Positions 49,105 through 58,097 of a stretch of 64,000 bases of DNA are shown one piece after another. Source of the stretch: Opitutales bacterium (GTDB taxonomy: Bacteria > Verrucomicrobiota > Verrucomicrobiia > Opitutales > PNEW01). The notes beneath the pieces were generated by a model. It was given only the letters and a program-made list of their open reading frames with translations. It ran no database searches and was not told where the DNA came from. Position numbers and translations under genes: made by a program. The DNA is taken from positions 1,248,001-1,312,000 of the forward strand of contig CBDANS010000007.1 of the NCBI GenBank assembly GCA_965197745.1, in the 5' to 3' direction. How positions within the stretch are numbered: position 1 is the stretch's first letter; each line of letters starts with the position of its first letter.

Positions 49105-49566
49105 ATGAAAAGGCATAGAATACGAGCATTCACGCTTGTGGAAATGATGGTCGTCGTCGTGATCGTGGGGATACTTGCTACGCTTGCCATACCTTATTTG
49201 CGGAGGGTTCGAGAGTCAGCCCAGAATAGTTATCTCATGAATAATTGGCGTATTTTTTCAGATGCATTTGAACAATATGCCCAGGCCGAAGGCGTTTATC
49301 CTCCCGATGCTAATCGAGGGGTAATTCCAAATGGCATGAATGATTCCCTGAGTAATACGGTTTGGACCGAAACGACCCCGGTAAATGGTAATTGGGATTG
49401 GGATGTTGGCGTCTTCGGATTCAACGCGGGAGTCAGTATCGTGGACACCAATTTGTCAACTATCCAAATGCAGCAAATTGATTCCACCATCGACGATGAT
49501 GACTTAAGCACAGGATTATTTCAACGAGTGGCAGCGACGCGCTATACATTAATATTGCAACCATAA
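49105..49566 (+). CDS. Prepilin-type N-terminal methylation domain protein
   Basis: RAFTLVEMMVVVVIVGILATLAIP; G.YP motif. Confidence 0.85.
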   Translation: MKRHRIRAFTLVEMMVVVVIVGILATLAIPYLRRVRESAQNSYLMNNWRIFSDAFEQYAQAEGVYPPDANRGVIPNGMNDSLSNTVWTETTPVNGNWDWDVGVFGFNAGVSIVDTNLSTIQMQQIDSTIDDDDLSTGLFQRVAATRYTLILQP

Positions 49567-49733
49567 TGCAATGATAACAGCGGAGTCGCAGATGACGCTG
49601 CGGAAGAATAGCCACAAGATGCACTAAAGGCACAAATAGATTTAAAATAGGAAGATCGGGATGAATGGACAGCGTTCAATAATTAATTGTTCTCAAGTGG
49701 TGAAATTGATCTGATCAAGATTTCTCACTCTCT

Positions 49734-49865
49734 TGTCATTGCGAGAGAGGCTATCAGCCGACCGCGGTTACCGAGCGCAGCGACATCTTCCATTTCAGGC
49801 GAATTATCATTGTGCTTACGAAAACCAGCATCCACATACTCTGCGCACTCAACGCCTCTGCGGTG
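49734..49865. repeat. TGTC-tagged palindromic repeat arm with long-module variant
   Basis: tgtcattgcgagagaggctatcagccgaccgcggttaccgagcgcagcgacatcttccatttcagg. Confidence 0.75.
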
Positions 49866-50064
49866 ATACTAAAGAATTAACCCGAAGACGCGGTAACACA
49901 GGGGAAGAGGATTTATGTGGTAACAGTTCAATATGCCTTAAATCGGTTATATAATAAAATTGCTGGAGGTTGACTATTTTAGCTAGAATGTAATTTGTGC
50001 TAATGAAGTTTATTTTTCATTTATTTTATTAATTCATTTAGACGGAAGACAGATATAAAATTAA

Positions 50065-51432
50065 ATGAAAGTTTTATTCCCATTTATTGCGCTGATGCTT
50101 TTCATCGTCGCGGTGCATGCTGCTGAAGAAGAGGCGTTATCGGATTTGATAGCGCGAGCGGAAGGCGGAGAGGCCGAGGCTCAATTTCTTCTGGGGATAA
50201 AGTATGAAAAAGGTGATGGTGTTACCTTGAACTTAATCGAGGCCTTTCGGTGGTATCAGGAAGCGGCCGAAGCAGGGTACGCTGCCGCGCAAAACAACCT
50301 GGCATGGATGTACGCCAATGGAAAATTTGTAGCCCGTAATTATGATGAAGCTTTAAAGTGGTATCGTGAGGCAGCCGGACAGGGGGATGTCAGGGGGCAA
50401 ACTACTCTGGGCTGGATGTACGCCAAGGGTCATGGTGTTGTTCAGGATTATAGGGAGGCCTTTAAATGGTACAGTCTGGCCGCTGAACAGGGTTTTGCCG
50501 AAGCCCAGGCTACCCTTGGGCTGATGTATTCCAAGGGCTTTGGGGTCGAACGGGATTATCTTGTAGCGCTCTCGTGGTTTCGGAAGGCTGCGGATCAGGG
50601 ACACGCTCAGTCGCAAACGAACATAGGAGTATTCTATGACCTGGGGCAGGGAGTGGATCAGGATTATGCTGAAGCGGCCAGGTGGTTTCGCAAGGCAGCA
50701 GACCAGGGGCATGCTCAGGCCCAATTCAACCTCGGATTTAAGTACCTCGAAAGCCAGGGGGTCGAACTCAATTATGCCGAGGCGCTTGAGCTGTTTCGTA
50801 AAGCAGCCGCTCAGGAATTTGCCGATGCCCAATATCTTTATGGGTGGATGCATGAAATGGGTCATGGGGTAGATCAAAATTATAGTGAAGCTGTCAGGTG
50901 GTATGACCTCGCGGCCGAACAGGATCACGATCCGGCCCGGGCTGATCTTGAGCGCATTAATAACTGGTATCATCAGATGGCGGAAGAGGGACATACCCCC
51001 AGTCTCCATAATCTTGGTAGTCTGTATTACTATGGATATGGCGTGGAACAGGATTATGTTGAATCGTTTGCGTGGTATCGTAAAGCGGCTGTAGCGGGAC
51101 ATCCCCCCGCACAATATGCTCTTGGGTCAATGTTCAACAGGGGACAGGGTGTGCGCCAAAATTTTAAGAAGGCAGTAAAATGGTACCGCAAAGCAGCTGT
51201 TCAGGGATACTCCCAAGCGCAACAAAATCTCGGTAAATCTTATTCTTATGGCGAAGGTGTTGAGCAGAATTATGTCGAGGCATACACCTGGTTCACAATT
51301 GCGGAAACTTCCGGTGATTCTGTGAGTAGAAGTAAGTTAGTTAGCCTTAAAACATCGATGATAGAGGCGCAAATTTCCGAAGCCCAACGAAAGGCTGAGA
51401 TCTGGCTGACTGAACACGTGAATAGTGAATAG
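50065..51432 (+). CDS. Secreted SEL1-like repeat protein
   Basis: Signal peptide; about ten 36-aa repeats AQxxLGxxYxxGxGVxxDYxxAxxWYxxAAxQG. Confidence 0.95.
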   Translation: MKVLFPFIALMLFIVAVHAAEEEALSDLIARAEGGEAEAQFLLGIKYEKGDGVTLNLIEAFRWYQEAAEAGYAAAQNNLAWMYANGKFVARNYDEALKWYREAAGQGDVRGQTTLGWMYAKGHGVVQDYREAFKWYSLAAEQGFAEAQATLGLMYSKGFGVERDYLVALSWFRKAADQGHAQSQTNIGVFYDLGQGVDQDYAEAARWFRKAADQGHAQAQFNLGFKYLESQGVELNYAEALELFRKAAAQEFADAQYLYGWMHEMGHGVDQNYSEAVRWYDLAAEQDHDPARADLERINNWYHQMAEEGHTPSLHNLGSLYYYGYGVEQDYVESFAWYRKAAVAGHPPAQYALGSMFNRGQGVRQNFKKAVKWYRKAAVQGYSQAQQNLGKSYSYGEGVEQNYVEAYTWFTIAETSGDSVSRSKLVSLKTSMIEAQISEAQRKAEIWLTEHVNSE

Positions 51433-51874
51433 GATACAAGCTGACATGACTTATCATAAAATACTGCATTCAGTTTTTATTCTATCTTTGTGCGCGATCT
51501 ATAACGCGTGCAGTCCCGGTCAAGTTGTCGACTTTGAACTATCTCAAAGGAGTCTCATCGATCGAATCACCTCCGCCAACGCGCCTTTAATTCTCGATGT
51601 TCGAACTCCTGAAGAATATAGGGCGGGCCACATTCCCGGAGCGATCAATATCCCGCACACAATTTTGGCTGATCGTATCGAGGAATTAAGAGAATATAAT
51701 AATAAAGAAATAGTGGTTCATTGTGAAAGTGGACGTAGGGCAGGTTTGGCAGAGAGTGTCCTTCGTGAGGCAGGTTTTAATAAGATTCTCCATCTACAGG
51801 GCGATATGTCTGCCTGGCGTGAAAGTAATCTCCCTCAGGCTGAGGGATCTCAGCCCGATAAATCTCCAAATTAA
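51425..51874 (+). CDS. Rhodanese-domain (lipo)protein
   Basis: LDVRTPEEY, GHIPGA, CESGRR active-site loop; YNAC possible lipobox. Confidence 0.92.
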   Translation: MNRIQADMTYHKILHSVFILSLCAIYNACSPGQVVDFELSQRSLIDRITSANAPLILDVRTPEEYRAGHIPGAINIPHTILADRIEELREYNNKEIVVHCESGRRAGLAESVLREAGFNKILHLQGDMSAWRESNLPQAEGSQPDKSPN

Positions 51875-52117
51875 AACGCTGTTATCGCTTTTTCAGTCCA
51901 ATCACTAATAATATAGGCTATATTACCTATATATAGGGTAAAATACATTTATTTTTGTCTAGATAATACCTCTATTTTTCCTAAAATTGCATAAATCCGT
52001 GGTTGAGAATGTGCATAGTACTATTCTTGCGAGGTATGCAATTGTGTGCCTCTTGCGCTGTTTAAAAGAGTGCTCCCTGAAAAGGTTCATTGTGGATGGG
52101 GAGGGTTTGATTGGCGC

Positions 52118-52615
52118 ATGTTAAGAGAAGTGCATAGATTGACATTAGTTGTTAATGTCTGCCTCGTAAGCATTGCCGTTTTTCTAACGGCATGTTCAAC
52201 CGTTACAGTTTCAGAGTCACCTATTCCAACGGCGCCTTTATCGAAAGCACAGGCTAAACTGATGGCCACTGTAATCAGTCAGACTTTTCCGGGTGGCATT
52301 ATAGCACAAGGAAATGGAGAGTCGATGAAACCGATCATGGGTGATAATACGATAGTCATTATTAAACCGGTGCCGGTTAAAGATTTAAAAGAGGGAATGA
52401 TCGTAGCCTACAAAGATAATGAATCCAATCATGTCATCCACCAACTGATTATCAAAATGAATGACAGTGGGGTGGTAAAAGGGTGGAATAATAAAATTGT
52501 AGATGAAGGCTTTGTCACCGAGGACAATTTGGTTGGGGTTATTTTAGGCATGTTATATTACGACCTTGGGACCGAAGCGGTTTCAGATGAACCTGCATAT
52601 TTGCTTAGGAAATAA
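52118..52615 (+). CDS. Peptidase S24/S26-like lipoprotein
   Basis: LTAC lipobox; GESMKP, VIHQ, KGWNN..D; start taken at ATG 52118. Confidence 0.7.
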   Translation: MLREVHRLTLVVNVCLVSIAVFLTACSTVTVSESPIPTAPLSKAQAKLMATVISQTFPGGIIAQGNGESMKPIMGDNTIVIIKPVPVKDLKEGMIVAYKDNESNHVIHQLIIKMNDSGVVKGWNNKIVDEGFVTEDNLVGVILGMLYYDLGTEAVSDEPAYLLRK

Positions 52616-52624
52616 AGAAATAGT

Positions 52625-52933
52625 AACCACGGATGTTGATTTAGAATAGTCGAATGTCAACGGGCTGAAATTGCGATCAAGTACCGTGTATCACCGGATC
52701 TTTTTTCCAACCTGTAATATTTTTAAATATCTATTCTTTTCCTGATTTCCTGAATTCTAAACACCTCAAATGTTTCCTTATATTGTTTCCGCGTCGATCA
52801 GTGCTATCCGCGGTTTATTCTCTCCTAATCCGCAATCTGCATTTGATATATATTAATAAATATTCTCTGCGACCTCAGCGTCTCAGCGGTTACTTTTAAT
52901 ATTCTCTTGTGCCTTTTGTGCTTTTTGTGGCTA
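52625..52933. repeat. Mosaic of short imperfect repeat modules
   Basis: aaccacggat/atccgcggtt, cctgatttcctga, ctctgcgacctcagcgtctcagcggt, ttgtgccttttgtgctttttgtggcta. Confidence 0.55.
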
Positions 52934-52965
52934 TCTTTCTTTTTAATTAGATTGAATAGATAGCC

Positions 52966-55167
52966 ATGCCATGTTCAGACGCAGAACAATCAGAAGCCGG
53001 TAGGGCGGAAATATCGCCGAGCGACCCCGTGCAAGCGGGCAGTTGGGGAACTTGGACGATAAGCTACAAGGTGCCGTCCGAGGGCATTGATGATGGGGGA
53101 TCCATTCGTATCGCTTTTCGATTTGCCAGTGATTGGGCGATCCCTCAATTGGAAAATCCAGCAGGTGACCATTACTTAAAAGTGACCGCTTCACGAAGTG
53201 AGACAAAGCTGATATGCAGTTGGAGAGCACGGGCTCATATCCGGCCGTATCAGCCCCATCTTTTCATAGAAATTCTCGACGCTCCTCTCGAATCGGGAGA
53301 TGAAATTACAATTATATACGGCGACACTTCCGGTGGGGGTAAGGGGACAAGAGCCCAGACCTTCGTTCAAGATGTGTTCGATTTTCAGATCGTTGTGGAC
53401 TGTCTGGGAACGGGTATCTATGAAAGCGTTAAAGATAACCCCGCACTGGAAATAGTTCCGGGAGATTCCCACCGCCTGGTCGTTCTTGCTACCGGTGATG
53501 GGTCAGCTGTTCACCCCGCAAAAGTTCTGGTCCGGGGTGAAGATATTTGGGGTAATGCGGTAAAAAATGATATTCCCGGTTCCGTTACCTTAAATCACTC
53601 AGGACCGGAAAATAATTTACCGGATGAGATTATACTGAATGGAGGATCGCATCGCTTCCCCGTTGTGGAATGCAAGGAGGATGGCATTCTGAGGATAGAG
53701 GCGGCGCATCCTCTACTGGGGGTAGCCGAATCGGGACCATTGATCATTGACCGAAAAAGGGAACTTCACAATTTCTGGGGTGACCTTCATGGGCAGAGCG
53801 GTGAAACGGTAGGGACGAATACTGCCGAGCAGTATTTTAAATACGCCAGGGACGCATCACTCTGTGATTTCGCAGGTCACCAGGGAAATGATTTTCAAAT
53901 TACGGATGAATTCTGGAATGAGATCAACCGGCTTGCGCGAGACCTGACTGATGAAGGAAAATTTATTGTTTTTCCGGGGTATGAATGGTCGGGGCTGACT
54001 CCTGTCGGGGGAGACCGCAATGTCCTGTTTCTCGATGAGGACCAGGTTATCCGTAGGTCTTCGACCGTTCTTGTAAAAGGGCAAAGCGAACAATTGGACG
54101 GGACTCCACTGCCGGATGTATACAAGGCTCTCAAAGAATCAGGGAGTGAATGCATCCTTATTCCTCACATCGGTGGCCGACGGGCGAACCTGAATTATTT
54201 TGACCCTGAGTTCGAACCGATAGTCGAAGTTCACTCCTGCTGGGGCAGCTTTGATTGGTTTTATCACGATGCTCTCCGACGCGGATATCGCGTAGGAGTA
54301 ATTGCCAACAGTGATGGGCACAAAGGACGCCCCGGGGCCGAGCATGCCGGAGCCGGTAAGTTCGGTGTATTCGGTGGCCTGACTTGTATCCTCGCGGAGA
54401 AATTCAACCGACCATCACTCTTTTCTGCTCTTAAATCCCGAAGATGTTACGGGACATCGGGACTACGGATTGTGGTTAATGCGAAACTGATGGGTCAGGC
54501 GATTGGAAGTGATTTGTCATCAGGCGTTGGGGCGTTGCCCCTTTCCGTTGAGGTGATCGGTACTGCTGCGATTGAAAAAATTGAGCTTCTCGCTGCCGGG
54601 CACAAAGTTAATTCCTGGGAGGGGAGTCCTTATGAGGATCGGCCCCAAAATATGATTCGTATACGTTGGACGGGTGCGCGCATCCTGAACCGGAACCGGG
54701 CGACTGACTGGAACGGCTCGTTAATAATTGAGGATAACAGGATAGCAGGAATTGAAGGCTTCGCATTTGATTCTCCCTCGGAAGGAATCCAGGATTGGAG
54801 CGGGAAGGGGGTGACATGGAAAAGTATTACTACCGGAGACGAAGATGGTCTTGTCCTTACCCTGGAAAAAGAAAGCGCAGGGCTCATTCATTTCGATTCG
54901 GGTCCGGTCAAGTGTCAGGTATCCTTTGATGAATTATTAAACGGACCCTGTGTGAAAGAAGCGGGAGGTGTAGGACAGAAAGTAATTTTTGAGTTAGCGC
55001 CAGCAAAGGATCAAATGGCCAGTGAAGTAACCTGGCAGGATAATATTACTCCTCATGAATTAGATGCTGTGGATGGCGTAGTCCCATTGCACCTGCGTGT
55101 TATTCAAGTAGATGGTCATCGCGCCTGGACCAGTCCCTGGTTCGTTCGATTGCGAAATGCGGAATGA
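52966..55167 (+). CDS. DUF3604-like (PHP-type metal hydrolase fold) protein
   Basis: WGDLHGQS, GHQGNDF, PGYEWS, GGDRN, IPH, EVHS, NSDGHKGRPG, AWTSP. Confidence 0.8.
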   Translation: MPCSDAEQSEAGRAEISPSDPVQAGSWGTWTISYKVPSEGIDDGGSIRIAFRFASDWAIPQLENPAGDHYLKVTASRSETKLICSWRARAHIRPYQPHLFIEILDAPLESGDEITIIYGDTSGGGKGTRAQTFVQDVFDFQIVVDCLGTGIYESVKDNPALEIVPGDSHRLVVLATGDGSAVHPAKVLVRGEDIWGNAVKNDIPGSVTLNHSGPENNLPDEIILNGGSHRFPVVECKEDGILRIEAAHPLLGVAESGPLIIDRKRELHNFWGDLHGQSGETVGTNTAEQYFKYARDASLCDFAGHQGNDFQITDEFWNEINRLARDLTDEGKFIVFPGYEWSGLTPVGGDRNVLFLDEDQVIRRSSTVLVKGQSEQLDGTPLPDVYKALKESGSECILIPHIGGRRANLNYFDPEFEPIVEVHSCWGSFDWFYHDALRRGYRVGVIANSDGHKGRPGAEHAGAGKFGVFGGLTCILAEKFNRPSLFSALKSRRCYGTSGLRIVVNAKLMGQAIGSDLSSGVGALPLSVEVIGTAAIEKIELLAAGHKVNSWEGSPYEDRPQNMIRIRWTGARILNRNRATDWNGSLIIEDNRIAGIEGFAFDSPSEGIQDWSGKGVTWKSITTGDEDGLVLTLEKESAGLIHFDSGPVKCQVSFDELLNGPCVKEAGGVGQKVIFELAPAKDQMASEVTWQDNITPHELDAVDGVVPLHLRVIQVDGHRAWTSPWFVRLRNAE

Positions 55168-55218
55168 CCGATAGCGGATTTGATTCAACCGCTGTCTCTC
55201 CGCTATGACATAGCAGAA

Positions 55219-55750
55219 TTAACAGTGAATAATAATCATTTCACCGCAGAGACGCGGAGGACGCCAAGTTATAGAATAATAAAATAAGATTATTGTCGGG
55301 TAATAATACTTCTCTGCGATCTCAGCACCTCAGCGGTTGCTATCAATCTTCCTGTTGTCATCGCGAGGCTGCTTGTCAGCCGTGGCGATCCAGGCGTCTA
55401 TCAATACGTGGTCGGCATATGCCTGGTATGGAAGATGTCGATACGCTATGGTATACCAGAGGTAACAGTGAATAATAATCAGTTCACCGCAGAGGCGCGG
55501 ATGAATCAGTGAACAGTAAACAGTGAACCGTGAACAGTAGAGAAATTAAATATGATCGCTATTGTATCCTCTATTGTCATTGCGAGGAGCAACGCAATGA
55601 CTAAAGAATGAATAAGCTGTATATGCTTAATATCCAATTCCAGGTTGCACACCTATTGTAAGTGCTAATCACGTTCGGTAAATAGGTGGAGAAATAAGGT
55701 CAATATGCTTTAACTAGAAACATTTGTATTCTCAGCGTCTCTGCGGTTAC
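55219..55750. repeat. Cluster of ACCGCAGAG- and TGTC-type repeats and cagtgaa heptamers
   Basis: ~40-bp direct repeat at 55220 and 55463; TGTC arms at 55356 and 55575; cagtgaacagtaaacagtgaaccgtgaacag. Confidence 0.7.
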
Positions 55751-55776
55751 TATTAATAATTAAACAGCTCGACAGT

Positions 55777-57450
55777 TTATTCACTATAAAAAAACTGGAA
55801 GGCATATAAACTGGCTTCCAACAAATGGAAACAAAGCCGGACTGGTTTGTTCCACAATGCGCTTACATCCGTCTTGCCCCGCCAGGTGACTTTGTGCCAG
55901 ATCTGCCCTTTGGGAGCGTGAACAGGATCGCAGTTCTTTGCGGAAAAACCTGCGTAGGGCTCGAACTTGGAGTCTAAAATTTCCACGCGAATGAAGCCAT
56001 AGTCACAGTCGGCATTAATCATCAGTGAGTCCCCTTCGAAGACGAACTGTTTTGTATAAACCTTCCCCTGTTCATAGGTCGGTTTGAGTTTTGCCCAGCC
56101 GTCTTCGCGCAGGATCAAACCGCCAATCGCTCGCTGAAGCTGGAGTTCGGGTCGCACCTGATTCATCATCGGATTGCCGATACCGTGTTGAGTGAGTGCT
56201 TCCACGTGTTCTCTGGATGCTTGGGCTGATGCTGCCGGGACATGATCGGCCGTGCCAGCCGGTCGGGTATCGCGTTGTTTGTAGGGGAAAGCGGAGTAGG
56301 GGATAACTATCTGACCGTTGTGTAAAAGATTGCCGGCGACCGAATGACAACAGTAGCCGTAGTCCTGGCTTCCGGGGTCACCGTTATCACCCCAGGGCTG
56401 GTACCCATCGGCGCGTACGAAATTCGTGCCGTCACGGCTGACGTAAAGGGCAGCCTTGGTGTGAAACTGGTCATGCTGATTGCTCCCATCGCGATTGAGC
56501 AGCCACTGATGTTCCCCATGTGCCTCGTCGACTATACCGATGTAGAGACTGCCTTCTTTGCGTATCGACATGGTGTGGAGTTCGACGTTTGGCCCCAGAT
56601 TGGGATCCCACTCACTCGAAAGGATCACCTTTTTAGGCGACCATTTGATAAAGTCCTCGCTCTCTTGAAGACCGATCGTTCGCAGATGATTATGGCTCCA
56701 GGCGTGTGAGTGTTGAGAATAACCCAGCCACATCTGTTGCGACTCATCCCAGATCACTCGCATTTGATGGTGATGTCGAAAGGAAGTGGAGTCGCTGATC
56801 ACCTGCCAGTGGATACCGTCGGGTGAAGCAGAAACGCGTGACATCACCCGTTCACTACGCTTGAAAGCTTCCGCTCCGGGATTGTAGACGGCAAGAAATT
56901 TCTTGCTGGGATCGCTGCGGTCTGGATTGAGGACTAGGGTCCCATTATCAAAATCAGTTGCGACGATATTCGTCTTGGTCTCATTTTCGAAGGGCTGACA
57001 ATCAGACGACAGCGGTTTCGTCCAATGAATGGCATCCTCAGATTCGGCATAGCAGAGGACGACGCGGGTACCATCGGCAAAATTGGTGTTGCCGCTGACC
57101 AGCGTCTTGTACCACATTTTGAATAGTCCATCATCGGGGTCTTTTAAGGCTGCAGCACATACGCAGGTCCAGTGATAGCGCTCCCAGGGCAGGTCGGTGT
57201 ATTCGATCAGGGGCTCAGATTTTTGGGGTCGGACGACGACGCGTTCTACGCCATCGAAATCAGCGAGAATAAAATTATCGAGAAGGAGCTGTTTATCGGT
57301 CCCGATGTGGGTAAAAGGCAGTTCGTAAGGTGGATTAAAATAGGGGTAGGTCGCCTTTTCGACCGGACGCTTCTGGGACCAGGTTTCATCCATACAACGT
57401 TTCAGATCGAGGGTTTCGGTGGGGCTTTTAGGTTCAGGCAGACGGGTCAT
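55777..57450 (-). CDS. Hypothetical protein, probable beta-propeller glycoside-hydrolase-like
   Basis: KQLLLDN, FKMWY, YAESEDAIHW, SPDGIHW, SEDFIKW, SRDG, LREDGW, LYAF; long clean ORF. Confidence 0.65.
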   Translation of the reverse strand: MTRLPEPKSPTETLDLKRCMDETWSQKRPVEKATYPYFNPPYELPFTHIGTDKQLLLDNFILADFDGVERVVVRPQKSEPLIEYTDLPWERYHWTCVCAAALKDPDDGLFKMWYKTLVSGNTNFADGTRVVLCYAESEDAIHWTKPLSSDCQPFENETKTNIVATDFDNGTLVLNPDRSDPSKKFLAVYNPGAEAFKRSERVMSRVSASPDGIHWQVISDSTSFRHHHQMRVIWDESQQMWLGYSQHSHAWSHNHLRTIGLQESEDFIKWSPKKVILSSEWDPNLGPNVELHTMSIRKEGSLYIGIVDEAHGEHQWLLNRDGSNQHDQFHTKAALYVSRDGTNFVRADGYQPWGDNGDPGSQDYGYCCHSVAGNLLHNGQIVIPYSAFPYKQRDTRPAGTADHVPAASAQASREHVEALTQHGIGNPMMNQVRPELQLQRAIGGLILREDGWAKLKPTYEQGKVYTKQFVFEGDSLMINADCDYGFIRVEILDSKFEPYAGFSAKNCDPVHAPKGQIWHKVTWRGKTDVSALWNKPVRLCFHLLEASLYAFQFFYSE

Positions 57451-57656
57451 GGATATCCTTTGGGTTATTGTTGGATCAAGTTATTGTTAGCCGGATCTGA
57501 CTAAAATCGTCTTTGAGAGAAATCAACAACATTTGTCTTTGATTCGTTGCTCTGGTAAGCTTCCCATTGTTGAAGGTGAGCATCACTGGCTTTATTATGA
57601 CACAGCTTGTGTCTTTGGTGTATTAGTTTTATGTCGAATAGCTACAACCTTCTATT

Positions 57657-57926
57657 TGTCATTGCGAGAGAGGTTATTAGCCGAACGCGGCAATCCAGGG
57701 AGATGTCAAAACGCGTCCGATATTCCCCTGGAGTGATAGATGTCCATCTGTCGTACGAGAATAATGACGACAGAATAAATTAATGACAAAAAGAATAAAT
57801 CGATAATCGATAAGAGCAAAGTAAACACTTACATTCAGGGTCCAATATCAAGCAACCGACTATTCGCCTGGAATGTAAGATGTCGCTGCGCTCGGTAGTC
57901 GCGTCGCGTTGCTCCTCGCAATGACA
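57657..57926. repeat. TGTC-tagged palindromic repeat pair
   Basis: tgtcattgcgagagagg... at 57657 and ...ctcctcgcaatgaca ending 57926. Confidence 0.8.
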
Positions 57927-58097
57927 ATGGGTGGAGGAGCTACTTGTCCGATATAATACCGCACTCAAGACTACACAGGGATATCTGACGACGAAGATTA
58001 TTGCTAAACCTGGTTATACTGGTAACTAAGCATTGGCTTATAATTTTATAAAACCGAAGACCACCAGCTTCAAAAAACCCCCGGTCGGTAAAAAGTC

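Noticed and set aside
50353..51114. 253-aa antisense ORF
   Set aside because: Shadow of the SEL1 repeat gene; no motifs
51926..51937. Palindrome cctatatatagg as an operator
   Set aside because: Low-complexity core, single copy noticed, no adjacent regulator
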